59,250 bases of DNA from Kiritimatiellia bacterium (lineage in GTDB: Bacteria; Verrucomicrobiota; Kiritimatiellia; RFP12; UBA1067): NCBI GenBank assembly GCA_045535455.1, contig JAZSLQ010000089.1, forward strand, positions 1 through 59,250, written 5' to 3'. The notes beneath the pieces were generated by a model, which saw only the letters and a list, made by a program, of their open reading frames with translations, did no database searches and was not told the origin of the DNA. Position 1 is the stretch's first letter. Each line of letters starts with the position of its first letter. Below are positions 17,094-26,404 of this stretch, piece by piece. The translations under genes and the position numbers were made by a program.

Positions 17094-18054
17094 CGGTGGT
17101 AAGCCGTTTCATTCCAAGCTTGCGCCATACGAAAGCGAAGTGAAAGAGCTTAAGGCTTCCAGTGCAAGCGTTAGGGCGATTGCGGCTGAGATGTTTGCGC
17201 GGCATGGCATCCAAGTGTCGCACAATGCCGTCGCGTCGTTTTTGCGGACGCATGGTACCAAGCGTCGCAACTTTCTTGACGGAATCGGCGAGGCGAGGCG
17301 AACGGAACTGCTAAAGGCGATTAGGGCGCTTTGGACGCACGACTCTACGGCGATCGAGGGCAATACACTCTCGCTCGGCGATACGATGGCGGTGCTGGAG
17401 TATGGCTTGACGGTGAAGGGGAAGCCGCTCAAGGACCATCAGGATATTGTCGCCCACGCGAACGGCGTTGATTTTGTGCGTTCGCTTCTTGACAAGGGGC
17501 GTATTGCCGAAGCGGATGTCTTGGAGTTGCATCGCATCGTCGTGCCGAATGAAACGCGAGACATATACAAGCCCATTGGAGCGTGGAAGCGCGAGGACAA
17601 TGGCACTTATGGCGCCGAGGGTGGCAGAAGCGTCTACATGCCCTACGCCTCTGCCGATGAAACGCCGAAACTGATGCGCGGCTGGATAAAGGCGTTCAAC
17701 TTGTTGTTTGACGGCATCAAGGGCGCAGACGCTGCGCTTGAGGCGTATTTGTTCGCCCATGTCTCGTTTGTGCGAATCCATCCGTTCTTTGACGGCAACG
17801 GCAGGCTTGCGCGGCTTCTTGCAAATCTGCCGGTTCTCTACGCGGGCTTCCCGCCGATTGTAGTTCCGTCCGAGGCGCGGCTTGAGTACATCCGCGAACT
17901 TTGGGATTACCAGCGCGCGGTGGGCGTAATCAGTCTCGCAAGAAAAGAGCTGCTGCCCGAACCGACACGACTCGACAATCTGCGCCGCCTCATTCGCAAT
18001 TGGTGGCAGACAACTCTCGACCTCGTTGCCGAGGCAAAGGGGAGTTCAAAATGA
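17071..18054 (+). CDS. Fic family protein (canonical motif) with a putative N-terminal HTH
   Basis: 'HPFFDGNGRLAR' and 'STAIEGNTL' motifs; helix-turn-helix-like 'SVRAIAAEMFARHGIQVSHNAVASFLR'. ATG 17071 preferred over TTG 17038. Confidence 0.9.
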   Translation: MGRKVVTIGGKPFHSKLAPYESEVKELKASSASVRAIAAEMFARHGIQVSHNAVASFLRTHGTKRRNFLDGIGEARRTELLKAIRALWTHDSTAIEGNTLSLGDTMAVLEYGLTVKGKPLKDHQDIVAHANGVDFVRSLLDKGRIAEADVLELHRIVVPNETRDIYKPIGAWKREDNGTYGAEGGRSVYMPYASADETPKLMRGWIKAFNLLFDGIKGADAALEAYLFAHVSFVRIHPFFDGNGRLARLLANLPVLYAGFPPIVVPSEARLEYIRELWDYQRAVGVISLARKELLPEPTRLDNLRRLIRNWWQTTLDLVAEAKGSSK

Positions 18055-18215
18055 GTGACGTGATTTCATTCGTGACTTCATTGTTGTTTATTGCATGTCT
18101 GCTTTACGTGCCGATATGCGCGATCGCGGTGTTGGCGCGTAGTCTTGCCACGCCAGAAGACGGCAAAATGACGAGAGAGAATTCGACATTGACTTGGGTT
18201 TTGTGCGTATGGTAA
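18051..18215 (+). CDS. Small hydrophobic ORF (54 aa), possibly a fragment
   Basis: ATGA overlap with the Fic stop; one TM-like stretch; its 3' end overlaps the sod promoter. Confidence 0.3.
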   Translation: MSDVISFVTSLLFIACLLYVPICAIAVLARSLATPEDGKMTRENSTLTWVLCVW

Positions 18216-18218
18216 AAT
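18189..18218 (+). promoter_or_regulatory. sod promoter
   Basis: TTGACT (18189-18194), 18 nt, TAAAAT (18213-18218) with TG extension. Confidence 0.55.
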
Positions 18219-18247
18219 GCCTTTCGTCATAGAGGATATAACATATT

Positions 18248-18928
18248 GTGAATACAAGAAGACAGTTCGTTGCCGGGGCGGCATGTGCCGCGATGGCTTT
18301 GCACAGTCGAATTCTGAAAGGAGAATCCGCCATGAAAGAAATTACTCTTGCACCTCTTCCCTACGCCGACGACGCGCTTGCACCGACGGTTTCCGCAAAG
18401 ACGATCTCGTTCCACTACGGCAAGCACCACGCTGGCTACGTGAAGACGCTGAACGGCCTTATTGCAGGAACAAAATACGAGGGACTTTCCCTCGGGGAGA
18501 TCGTCGCCGCATCTCGCGACGCGGGCGATACGGCAATCTTCAACAACGCGGCGCAGATCTGGAACCACGACTTCTACTGGCGGCCGCTCGCACCAGCCGG
18601 CAAGGGCGGCGAGCCGTCTGCGGAACTTCTCGCGGCGATTAGCACGTCCTTCGGCTCGCTCGACGCTTGCAAGACGGAGCTTGCCGACGCGGCGGTTAAG
18701 CGCTTCGGAAGTGGCTGGGCGTGGCTTCTCGTAAAGGACGGCAAGCTCGTCATCGAGTCGACGTCCAACGCCGAAACGCCGTGTGGCAAGCCCGGCGTCA
18801 AGCCGCTCCTCGTGATCGACGTTTGGGAACATGCCTACTACCTTGACTGGCAGAACCAGCGCGCCGCATACGTCAAGGCGGTTGTCGATGGACACCTCAA
18901 CTGGTCGTTCGCGTCGACTGGTTTGTAA
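18248..18928 (+). CDS. sod: Fe/Mn superoxide dismutase with a putative Tat signal peptide
   Basis: 'FHYGKHHAGYV', 'NNAAQIWNHDFYW', 'RFGSGWAWL' and 'DVWEHAYY' motifs; N-terminal 'TRRQFV'. Alternative start at ATG 18332. Confidence 0.93.
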   Translation: MNTRRQFVAGAACAAMALHSRILKGESAMKEITLAPLPYADDALAPTVSAKTISFHYGKHHAGYVKTLNGLIAGTKYEGLSLGEIVAASRDAGDTAIFNNAAQIWNHDFYWRPLAPAGKGGEPSAELLAAISTSFGSLDACKTELADAAVKRFGSGWAWLLVKDGKLVIESTSNAETPCGKPGVKPLLVIDVWEHAYYLDWQNQRAAYVKAVVDGHLNWSFASTGL

Positions 18929-18942
18929 TACGTTTATCCCGT

Positions 18943-18991
18943 GGCGGGTTCATCTGTTCCAGCCGCGGCGCTTCCCGCCTGTGCGTTTTTT
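18943..18991 (+). terminator. Possible weak intrinsic terminator after sod
   Basis: ggcggg (18943-18948) / cccgcc (18974-18979) followed by a T-run at 18986-18991; the loop is long. Confidence 0.25.
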
Positions 18992-19061
18992 CCACATCTG
19001 AGGCGAAAAATATGATAAAATACCACCTAATTGTTTTTACTAATAGGAGATAGATCGTATA

Positions 19062-20246
19062 ATGAAGACGAGCACGAAGAACGAGTACAAGTGCCAAGTT
19101 GAGCTTAAGGTCGAGCTAAACGCCGAGGAAATGAAGGGAATCGTGAAGGACGTCGAAAAGGCGTTCGTCCGCGAAGCACGGATCCCAGGCTTCCGCCCCG
19201 GCAAGGTTCCGATTGAAATCATCCGCAGACAGTTTGCCGACGGCCTCAAGCAGGAGACCGAACACACGATGATCCGCAAGCACTACGCGGACGCGGTAAA
19301 GGCCGAGAAGCTCGACGAGATTACGCTTGCCGACGTGAAGGACATCTCGTTCTCTACCGACGGCGGCACGTTCACGGCCGTTGTCGAAATCAAGCCGAAG
19401 TTCAAGGTTCCGACCTACAAGGGTCTCAAAATCGCCGACAAGGACACTGCGGTTTCCGACGAGGCCGTCAAGGAGCAGCTCGAGCGCCTGCGCGCCGCGT
19501 ACGCGAAGTACGAGGACGCCAAGGAGGGAGATACCGTTGCCGATGGCGATTTCGTGCAGATCGACTACACCGGCACCGTTGACAAGAAGCCGATCCTCGA
19601 GATCGCGCCCGAGGCCAAGGTCGTCGCGTCCGGCACGGGCTTCTGGACTCAGGTCGAGGAAGGGCGCTTCCTCCCCGAGATCCTCGACGCCGTGAAGGGC
19701 ATGAAGGTCGGCGAGACGAAGGAAGACGTCAAGGCGAAGTTCGCGAAGGAAGGCGCCCCCGAAGGGCTCGGCGGCAAGAAGGCCGTCTACACGGTGACGC
19801 TCAAGGCGTTCCGCCGCCGCGTTCTCCCCAATGACGCCGAATTTGCCGAGAAGGCGAAGGCCGAGTCTGTCGAGAAGCTTTCCGCCACGATTCGCGAGTC
19901 GCTCGAGAAGCAGGCCGTCGAGGCCGAGGCGATGCGCCGCGAGAACGAGGCCGTCGAGTTGCTTCTCAAGAAGGCCGATTTCGACGTTCCGCAGAGCCAG
20001 GTCCGCCGCGCAATGGACGGCTACCTCCAGGAGCTCGCGCAGCGTGCGCAGTATTCCGGGCTCGACGCTTCCTACTTCGAAAAGAACCGCGACAAGATCC
20101 TCAAGGACGCCGAAGAGGCCGCCACGAAGCAGGTCCGGCTCTGGTACGTCCTCGAAGCGATCGCCAAGGCCGAGAACATCGAGGCCAAGGACGAGGAGCG
20201 TGGCAAGAAGGTCATCGACTTCGTCCTCGCGAACGTGAAGAAGTAG
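19062..20246 (+). CDS. tig: Trigger factor
   Basis: 'IPGFRPGKVP' ribosome-binding motif, FKBP-like middle domain, located upstream of clpPX. Promoter -10 TGATAAAAT at 19013-19021. Confidence 0.95.
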   Translation: MKTSTKNEYKCQVELKVELNAEEMKGIVKDVEKAFVREARIPGFRPGKVPIEIIRRQFADGLKQETEHTMIRKHYADAVKAEKLDEITLADVKDISFSTDGGTFTAVVEIKPKFKVPTYKGLKIADKDTAVSDEAVKEQLERLRAAYAKYEDAKEGDTVADGDFVQIDYTGTVDKKPILEIAPEAKVVASGTGFWTQVEEGRFLPEILDAVKGMKVGETKEDVKAKFAKEGAPEGLGGKKAVYTVTLKAFRRRVLPNDAEFAEKAKAESVEKLSATIRESLEKQAVEAEAMRRENEAVELLLKKADFDVPQSQVRRAMDGYLQELAQRAQYSGLDASYFEKNRDKILKDAEEAATKQVRLWYVLEAIAKAENIEAKDEERGKKVIDFVLANVKK

Positions 20247-20254
20247 CATTGGTG

Positions 20255-20310
20255 CAACCTTTCAACCTTTCAAATTTTCAACCTTTCAACTTTTCAACTT
20301 TTCAACTTTA
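20255..20310 (+). repeat. 8-mer tandem array (caacYttt x7) between tig and clpP
   Basis: Seven imperfect 8-mers ending 1 nt before the clpP ATG. Confidence 0.9.
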
Positions 20311-20311
20311 A

Positions 20312-20893
20312 ATGAAGTCATACATGATACCGTATGTCGTCGAGCAGACCGGCAAGGGCGAGCGTACGTACGACATCTACTCGCGCCTCCTCCTCGACAG
20401 GATCGTCTTCATCTCGGGCGAGGTGAACGACGAGATGGCGAACGCCGTCTGCGCCCAGCTTCTCTTCCTGCAGTCGCAGGACCCGAAGAAGGACATCAAC
20501 GTCTACATCAACTCGCCGGGCGGCAGCGTCACGGCGGGGCTCGCGATCTACGACACGATGCAGTTCGTCAAGTGCCCGGTCGCGACATACTGCATCGGCC
20601 AGGCCGCTTCCATGGGCGCGGTGTTGCTGACTGCGGGCGCGAAGGGCAAGCGCCATGCGCTCCCTAATTCGCGCATCATGATCCATCAGCCGTGGGGCGG
20701 CGCCGAGGGCAAGGCCTCCGACATCGAGATCACGGCGAAGGAAATCCTTCGGCTCAAGGAAATCTTGAACGGCATTCTCGCGAAGCACTCCGGCAAGAAG
20801 TTGGCTGACGTCGTTAAGGACACGGATCGCGACCACTTCATGTCGGCCGCCGAGGCCGTTGAATGGGGTCTTGTCGACAAGGTCGTGGAATGA
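20312..20893 (+). CDS. clpP: ATP-dependent Clp protease proteolytic subunit
   Basis: '[11 protein letters not shown]', 'YINSPGG', 'GQAASMG' and 'IMIHQP' motifs. Confidence 0.98.
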   Translation: MKSYMIPYVVEQTGKGERTYDIYSRLLLDRIVFISGEVNDEMANAVCAQLLFLQSQDPKKDINVYINSPGGSVTAGLAIYDTMQFVKCPVATYCIGQAASMGAVLLTAGAKGKRHALPNSRIMIHQPWGGAEGKASDIEITAKEILRLKEILNGILAKHSGKKLADVVKDTDRDHFMSAAEAVEWGLVDKVVE

Positions 20894-22131
20894 AAGAACT
20901 GACCTGTTCGTTTTGCGGAAGAAGCTCGAAAGAGGTCGGGATGATCCCTGGCCCCGACGCGAACATCTGCGTCGACTGCGTTCGCCACGCCAACGAGATG
21001 GTGACGCGCCACGAGAAGAAGGCAAAGGACGTTCCGCCTCTTCCGCCTACGCCGACCCCGAAAGAAATAAAGGCGTTTCTCGACCAGTATGTCATCGGGC
21101 ACGACGAAGTGAAGAAGGTGCTCGCCGTTGCCGTTCACAATCACTATCGCCGCCTTGAGGCCGCGGAGAAGGGTAATGGAATGGACGGGGGTTCGGGCAC
21201 CCCCGCACCCCAGCCCGCGGAAAAGTTTACTGATGTTGAAATCGAGAAGTCCAACATCCTCCTTATCGGGCCGACTGGAACAGGCAAGACACTTCTTGCG
21301 CGGACGCTCGCGAAGATGCTTGGTGTTCCGTTCGCCATCGGTGACGCGACGGTGCTCACGCAGGCGGGCTATGTTGGTGAAGATGTCGAGAACCTCGTCC
21401 GCTACCTTCTCCAGAATGCCGACGGCAATGTCGAGCTCGCAAAGCGCGGCATAATCTACGTTGACGAAATAGACAAGATTGCGTCAAAGACAGACAACGT
21501 GTCAATCACGCGCGACGTCTCTGGCGAAGGCGTTCAGCAGGCGCTTCTCAAGATCCTCGAGGGCACGATTTGCCGCATTCCGCCGAAGGGCGGCCGCAAG
21601 CACCCCGACCAGGAGTATATCGAGGTCGACACTTCTAACATCCTCTTCATCTGCGGCGGAGCTTTCGTCGGTCTCGACAAGATAGTCGGCGAGCGCACCG
21701 GCAAGCGCGCCATTGGTTTTGGCGCGGCGGAGCAGAAGACGGGGAACGGGGAACGAGGAACGGGGAACGGCGATGTCCGTCCCGAGGATCTCGTAAAGTT
21801 CGGGTTAATCCCCGAGTTCACGGGCCGTCTCCCCGTCATCACCACAATGAAGGAGCTTTCCGAGGACGATCTCGTTCGCGTCTTGACTGAGCCAAAGAAC
21901 TCGCTCGTCAAGCAGTACCAAAAACTCCTCTCAATGGATGGCGTCTCGCTCTCGTTCGAGCCCGACGCCCTCAAGTCGCTCGCGAAGACTGCGCTTGAGC
22001 GCAAGACAGGTGCGCGCGGTCTCCGCGCCGAGATGGAGCGACTCATGACCGACGTAATGTATGAGGCGCCGGGCAACGCAAAGATGAAGAAGGTCGTAGT
22101 GACGAAGAAAATGGTCGAGGAGAGGAGCTAG
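20890..22131 (+). CDS. clpX: ATP-dependent Clp protease ATP-binding subunit
   Basis: Zinc finger 'CSFCG...ICVDC', Walker A 'GPTGTGKT', '[14 protein letters not shown]' and 'GARGLR'. ATG overlaps the clpP stop. Confidence 0.98.
   Translation: MKELTCSFCGRSSKEVGMIPGPDANICVDCVRHANEMVTRHEKKAKDVPPLPPTPTPKEIKAFLDQYVIGHDEVKKVLAVAVHNHYRRLEAAEKGNGMDGGSGTPAPQPAEKFTDVEIEKSNILLIGPTGTGKTLLARTLAKMLGVPFAIGDATVLTQAGYVGEDVENLVRYLLQNADGNVELAKRGIIYVDEIDKIASKTDNVSITRDVSGEGVQQALLKILEGTICRIPPKGGRKHPDQEYIEVDTSNILFICGGAFVGLDKIVGERTGKRAIGFGAAEQKTGNGERGTGNGDVRPEDLVKFGLIPEFTGRLPVITTMKELSEDDLVRVLTEPKNSLVKQYQKLLSMDGVSLSFEPDALKSLAKTALERKTGARGLRAEMERLMTDVMYEAPGNAKMKKVVVTKKMVEERS
21740..21769 (+). repeat. 7-mer array (cggggaa x4) inside clpX
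   Basis: cggggaa cggggaa cgaggaa cggggaa cg, translated as [11 protein letters not shown]. Confidence 0.85.
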
Positions 22132-22158
22132 CCGCGAAGGCACCAAGCACCAGGCACC

Positions 22159-22491
22159 ATGTTACTTGAGATACTAAAAGCAAAATTGCACAGGATACGC
22201 GTAACCGAGGCGTGCCTCGATTACGAGGGCTCGCTTACGCTTGATCCCGACGACATGGAAGCGGTCGGGCTCGTCCCCTACGAGAAGATTCTTGTCGCCG
22301 ACGTCGAGAACGGAAACCGCTTCGAGACCTACGCCATAGCCGGAAAGCGCGGCAGCCACGTCTGCTGTCTCAACGGCGCGGCGGCGCACAAGGGCAAGAT
22401 AGGCGACCGGCTCATCGTAATGTGCTTCGCCCAGATGACGCCAGAGGAGGCTAAGGGTTGGTCGCCTCTCGTAAAGCATTTCAGGAGTTAG
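22159..22491 (+). CDS. panD: Aspartate 1-decarboxylase
   Basis: 'KAKLHR..VT...DYEGS' self-cleavage site, 'NGNRFETYAI' and 'LNGAAA'. Confidence 0.95.
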   Translation: MLLEILKAKLHRIRVTEACLDYEGSLTLDPDDMEAVGLVPYEKILVADVENGNRFETYAIAGKRGSHVCCLNGAAAHKGKIGDRLIVMCFAQMTPEEAKGWSPLVKHFRS

Positions 22492-22531
22492 TGGCTCGTG
22501 CCATGGAAATACTGAACCTTCGGACACAGAT

Positions 22532-24865
22532 ATGAAACACGGAAAGACACTCTTTTTGCTGGCATTCATCTTTGCGACTGCGGCCGCGTTCGCGGGTGAG
22601 GCGCTTCCCTCGTCCGCTGCCGACTGGCCGGCAAAGCTCGGTATGACGCCGAAGATGCTCTTCCTCGTTCTGCAGATCGGCATAATCATCTTCGCCGCGA
22701 AGATCGGCGGGTCGATCGCGACTGTGCTTAAACTCCCGAGCGTCCTTGGCGAACTTGGCGCCGGCATACTGATTGGCCCGTGGGCGCTCGGCGGCTTCCC
22801 GATCCCCGGCTTCGACGGCATGTTCCAGTACGGCATCTTCTATGGCAAGGCCCTGCGCGTCCAGGCCGCCGCAGGCGGGAATCCCTTCGCCGCGACGCCC
22901 GAACTCTACGGTATCTGCACCATCGCGTCTGTCGTCTTGCTCTTTCTCTCAGGGCTTGAGACGAACCTCAAGATGTTCCTCAAGTACGCTTTCGCCGGCT
23001 CTCTCGTTGGCGTCGGCGGCGTGGTGCTCTCGTTCCTCCTCGGCGACCTCTGCGCCGTCTACGCGACGACGTATCTCCCCGACCTCCTCGGCGGCATCGA
23101 GTGCCTCGCGGAGCTCGGCGAGCTCGTGAAGGAGGGCAAGGTTGTTCAGGCGGCGCTCTCGCCGGCGGCGATGTTCATGGGCATCATGTCCACCGCGACT
23201 TCGGTCGGTATCACCGCGCGCATACTCTCCGAAAAGAAGAAGATGGACTCCGAGGAGGGCGTAACGATCATGGCGGGCGCTGTGATCGATGATGTCCTCG
23301 GCATTATCGTCCTCGCGATCGGCATGGGCATCATCGGTTCCCAGCGCGCGGCGGCGGCGGCCGGCGAGGCGGCGCAGGGCATCGACTGGGGTGCCATCGG
23401 CGCGACGGCATTGAAGGCGTTTGGCGTATGGCTCGTCGGCACAATCGTCGGCGTGGTGTTCGCGAAGAAGATTTCCTGGCTCCTAAAACTTTTCAAGGCG
23501 CACGCCGCGATAGCGACGCTTGCGTTCGGCCTTGCGCTCGTCATCGCGGGCATGTTCGAGGCGCTGGGGCTCACCCTCATCATCGGCGCATACGTGATGG
23601 GTCTCGCGCTATCGCGTACCGACATCAAGCACCTCGTCCAGGATAACCTCGCGAACCTCTACACGTTCCTCGTGCCGATCTTCTTCTGCGTGATGGGCAT
23701 GATGGTCGACGTTACGGCGCTTTGGTCGAAGCCCGTCCTCATCTTCGGCGGCATCTACACCGCGCTCGCCGTCCTCGCGAAGATCGTTGGCTGCGCGATT
23801 CCGTCGCTTTTCTGCGGCTTTAACGTCCTCGGCTCCTTGCGCGTCGGCGCGGGCATGATCCCGCGTGGCGAAGTCGCGCTCATCATTGCTGGTATCGGCC
23901 TTTCGAACGGCTATCTCACCCAGGAGGTGTTTGGCATTGGCATTCTGATGACCCTCGTCACGACGGTCGTTGCGCCGCCTGCGCTCGTCGGGCTCTTCCA
24001 CCCGAAGGCGAAGGGCGTGCGCCATCCGAAGCCAGACGCCGACGGCGGGCGCGAAGTAGTCTTCGAGCTCGAGACGCGCGAAGTCGCCGAACTCGTCGTC
24101 AATCGTCTCGTCGAGGAGTTCCGCAAGGAGGGCTTCTTCGTCACGCTCCTCTCGCAGACCGACCACATCTGGGAGATCGCGATGGACGACATCGACATGT
24201 CTGTTCGCCGCATCGGCAAGAAGATTCGCTTCACCTGCACGAAGGCCGAGGAGACGATGGTAATGACGGCGTGGATGGAGGTCGCTTCTCAGATGAACGA
24301 CCTCGCCCGCGCGATCGCGAAGCCCATCCGCAAGGAAGACCTTGGCAAGATGATCGCTAAAAGCGAGCCAGCGAAGCGCGGCCACGAGGGCGTCGGGCGC
24401 TATTTGCAGGGCTTCGTCATGCTGCCGAAGTTCCGTGCGTCGTCCAAGAAGGAGGCGATCGAGAAGATGGTCGCCGAAATCGCGGCGGCTTGCCCGAACC
24501 ATGTCAAGAACGCAGCCGAGGCGGTCAATGCCGTGCTTAAGCGCGAGGAGTCGATGCCGACGGGTCTTGACCACGGCATCGCGGTTCCCCATGGCCGCTG
24601 CCCGAGCGTCCACGGCATCGCGGGCGCCGTCGCTATCGTCGACAACGAAGGAACCGCGAATGGCTGCATACCCGATTACGAGACGATTGACAACTCGCCG
24701 TTGAGGATTATCGTTCTTACGGTTGCGAACGACGAGGCGCAGACGCCGTATCTCAAGCTTATGAGCTTCATCTCCCGTGCGCTTCGTGCCGACAATGGCT
24801 ATGAGCGGCTCGCCGCGTGCAAGACGCCTGACGAGATGCGTCGCTTCTTTAGAAACGCAAAGTGA
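22532..24865 (+). CDS. Cation:proton antiporter (CPA2 family) with a C-terminal PTS EIIA domain
   Basis: Many TM helices; '[11 protein letters not shown]', 'AVIDDVLG' and 'GMIPRGEV'; EIIA motif '[13 protein letters not shown]'. Confidence 0.9.
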   Translation: MKHGKTLFLLAFIFATAAAFAGEALPSSAADWPAKLGMTPKMLFLVLQIGIIIFAAKIGGSIATVLKLPSVLGELGAGILIGPWALGGFPIPGFDGMFQYGIFYGKALRVQAAAGGNPFAATPELYGICTIASVVLLFLSGLETNLKMFLKYAFAGSLVGVGGVVLSFLLGDLCAVYATTYLPDLLGGIECLAELGELVKEGKVVQAALSPAAMFMGIMSTATSVGITARILSEKKKMDSEEGVTIMAGAVIDDVLGIIVLAIGMGIIGSQRAAAAAGEAAQGIDWGAIGATALKAFGVWLVGTIVGVVFAKKISWLLKLFKAHAAIATLAFGLALVIAGMFEALGLTLIIGAYVMGLALSRTDIKHLVQDNLANLYTFLVPIFFCVMGMMVDVTALWSKPVLIFGGIYTALAVLAKIVGCAIPSLFCGFNVLGSLRVGAGMIPRGEVALIIAGIGLSNGYLTQEVFGIGILMTLVTTVVAPPALVGLFHPKAKGVRHPKPDADGGREVVFELETREVAELVVNRLVEEFRKEGFFVTLLSQTDHIWEIAMDDIDMSVRRIGKKIRFTCTKAEETMVMTAWMEVASQMNDLARAIAKPIRKEDLGKMIAKSEPAKRGHEGVGRYLQGFVMLPKFRASSKKEAIEKMVAEIAAACPNHVKNAAEAVNAVLKREESMPTGLDHGIAVPHGRCPSVHGIAGAVAIVDNEGTANGCIPDYETIDNSPLRIIVLTVANDEAQTPYLKLMSFISRALRADNGYERLAACKTPDEMRRFFRNAK

Positions 24866-26334
24866 GTCTCGGGGATACGATTGCGGCGGTTGCGACAGCC
24901 CCCGGGCGCGGGGGCGTCGCGGTAATCAGGGTAAGCGGCCCCGAGGCGTTTCAAGTCGCCGAGCATCTTACTGGTCACATCCCTACACCTCGTAGGGTCA
25001 GTTTAGAGTCTATTAAAACCCCTGGCTCGACCCTAATCGACACTGCAGTTGTCCTCGGCTTCAAGGGACCGCATTCCTATACCGGCGAGGATGTCGTAGA
25101 GTTCCAGTGCCACGGCGGTTCTGTCACTCCTCGCCGCGTCCTCGAGGCTTGCCTCGCCTCTGGCGCTCGGCTTGCGCATCGCGGCGAATTCACCGAGCGC
25201 GCGTTCCTTAACGGACGACTCTCCTACGAGGAAGCGGAATCGGTCCTCGATCTTGTTGACGCAAAGACAGAGCGCGGCGCAGACGCCGCGCTTCGCGGGT
25301 TGACAGGTGAGAGTCGCCGCGAGACGCAAGGCATCTACAAGGCGCTCGTCGACCTCTCGTCGACTATCGAACACGCGCTTGACGTGAGCGAAGAGGAACT
25401 TCCAGACGGCTTCTGCGCCAACATCGCCTCGTCTGTCGACGCGATTGCCGCTCGCCTCGATGACGCAATCCGCCGCGCGAAAGAGGGAAAGATACTGCGC
25501 GAGGGTGCGCTTGTCGTGATCGCAGGGCCGCCTAACGCCGGCAAGAGCTCGCTTCTAAACGCGCTTCTCGGCGAGAGCCGCGCAATAGTTTCGGCGACGC
25601 CGGGGACGACGCGCGACTCGATAGAGGAGTGGCTTGACGTCGGCGGCTGGCCTGTACGGCTTGTCGACACGGCGGGGCTTCGTGAGACCGCCGACGCCAT
25701 TGAAGGCGAGGGTGTCGCGCGCGCGCGCGATCTTATGGAACAGGCCGACATAGTGCTGAACCTGACCCCTGCCGATTCAAGCTGCTCGTTATCTGATGTA
25801 AGTCGCAAATCGCCCGCCACAAAAACTATCGAGGTTTTTTCTAAATGCGATCTGGCAACAAACTCCGAAGATTATGGCTCTCGTTACCACTCCGCAGTTT
25901 CACACTCGACAATCACTGTTCACGAGAATCTCAATAGTGATGGTTTGGTGGCGCGAAGCGGTGGAGCGTTAGCGGGAACAACAACCATCGGAGTTTCTAT
26001 CAGCGTCAAGACAGGCGAGGGGCTTGATGCGCTCCGCGGCGCAATAGCCGCGGCGCTCGAGCGCAAGGCCGCAGAGCCAAGTGACGCCGATTCAGCCCTT
26101 GCTCGCGACGCGGCGGCGCTCGGCGAGACCAGGGCGCTCCTCACCCCAACTCCCCCACTCCCCCACTCCCCCACTCCTCCACTCCCCAACTCCTCCACTC
26201 CCACGCTCCCCGACCTCGTTCTCCTTGCAAATCGCGTTCGCGCAGCGGCAGAACGGCTTGGCGAGGGGATAGGCGCGACCTATTCGGCCGATATGCTTAA
26301 TGCGCTCTTTTCCCGTTTTTGCGTAGGAAAGTGA
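24862..26334 (+). CDS. mnmE: tRNA modification GTPase MnmE, with two insertions
   Basis: 'DTIAAVAT', '[15 protein letters not shown]', 'GPPNAGKSS', 'GTTRD', 'DTAGLR' and terminal 'FSRFCVGK'. Confidence 0.96.
   Translation: MSLGDTIAAVATAPGRGGVAVIRVSGPEAFQVAEHLTGHIPTPRRVSLESIKTPGSTLIDTAVVLGFKGPHSYTGEDVVEFQCHGGSVTPRRVLEACLASGARLAHRGEFTERAFLNGRLSYEEAESVLDLVDAKTERGADAALRGLTGESRRETQGIYKALVDLSSTIEHALDVSEEELPDGFCANIASSVDAIAARLDDAIRRAKEGKILREGALVVIAGPPNAGKSSLLNALLGESRAIVSATPGTTRDSIEEWLDVGGWPVRLVDTAGLRETADAIEGEGVARARDLMEQADIVLNLTPADSSCSLSDVSRKSPATKTIEVFSKCDLATNSEDYGSRYHSAVSHSTITVHENLNSDGLVARSGGALAGTTTIGVSISVKTGEGLDALRGAIAAALERKAAEPSDADSALARDAAALGETRALLTPTPPLPHSPTPPLPNSSTPTLPDLVLLANRVRAAAERLGEGIGATYSADMLNALFSRFCVGK
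26144..26207 (+). repeat. 8-mer array (ccYcMact x8) inside mnmE
   Basis: Eight imperfect 8-mers translated as [21 protein letters not shown]. Confidence 0.9.
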
Positions 26335-26343
26335 TTTTGCCAT

Positions 26344-26372
26344 TTGCCATAAGACGCGATAGATGGTATAAT
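26344..26372 (+). promoter_or_regulatory. Promoter of the pilC-pilin operon
   Basis: TTGCCA (26344-26349), 17 nt, TATAAT (26367-26372) with TG extension. Confidence 0.7.
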
Positions 26373-26404
26373 CTACCCAAACTTGAGGAAGGTCTATTCC
26401 GAAC

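Noticed and set aside
19116-20249. Long antisense ORFs (also 4050-4949, 27571-28890, 43710-45020, 52068-53537, 57536-58717 and many shorter ones)
   Set aside because: They shadow well-supported + strand genes in GC-rich, codon-biased DNA and have no motifs, RBS or promoters.
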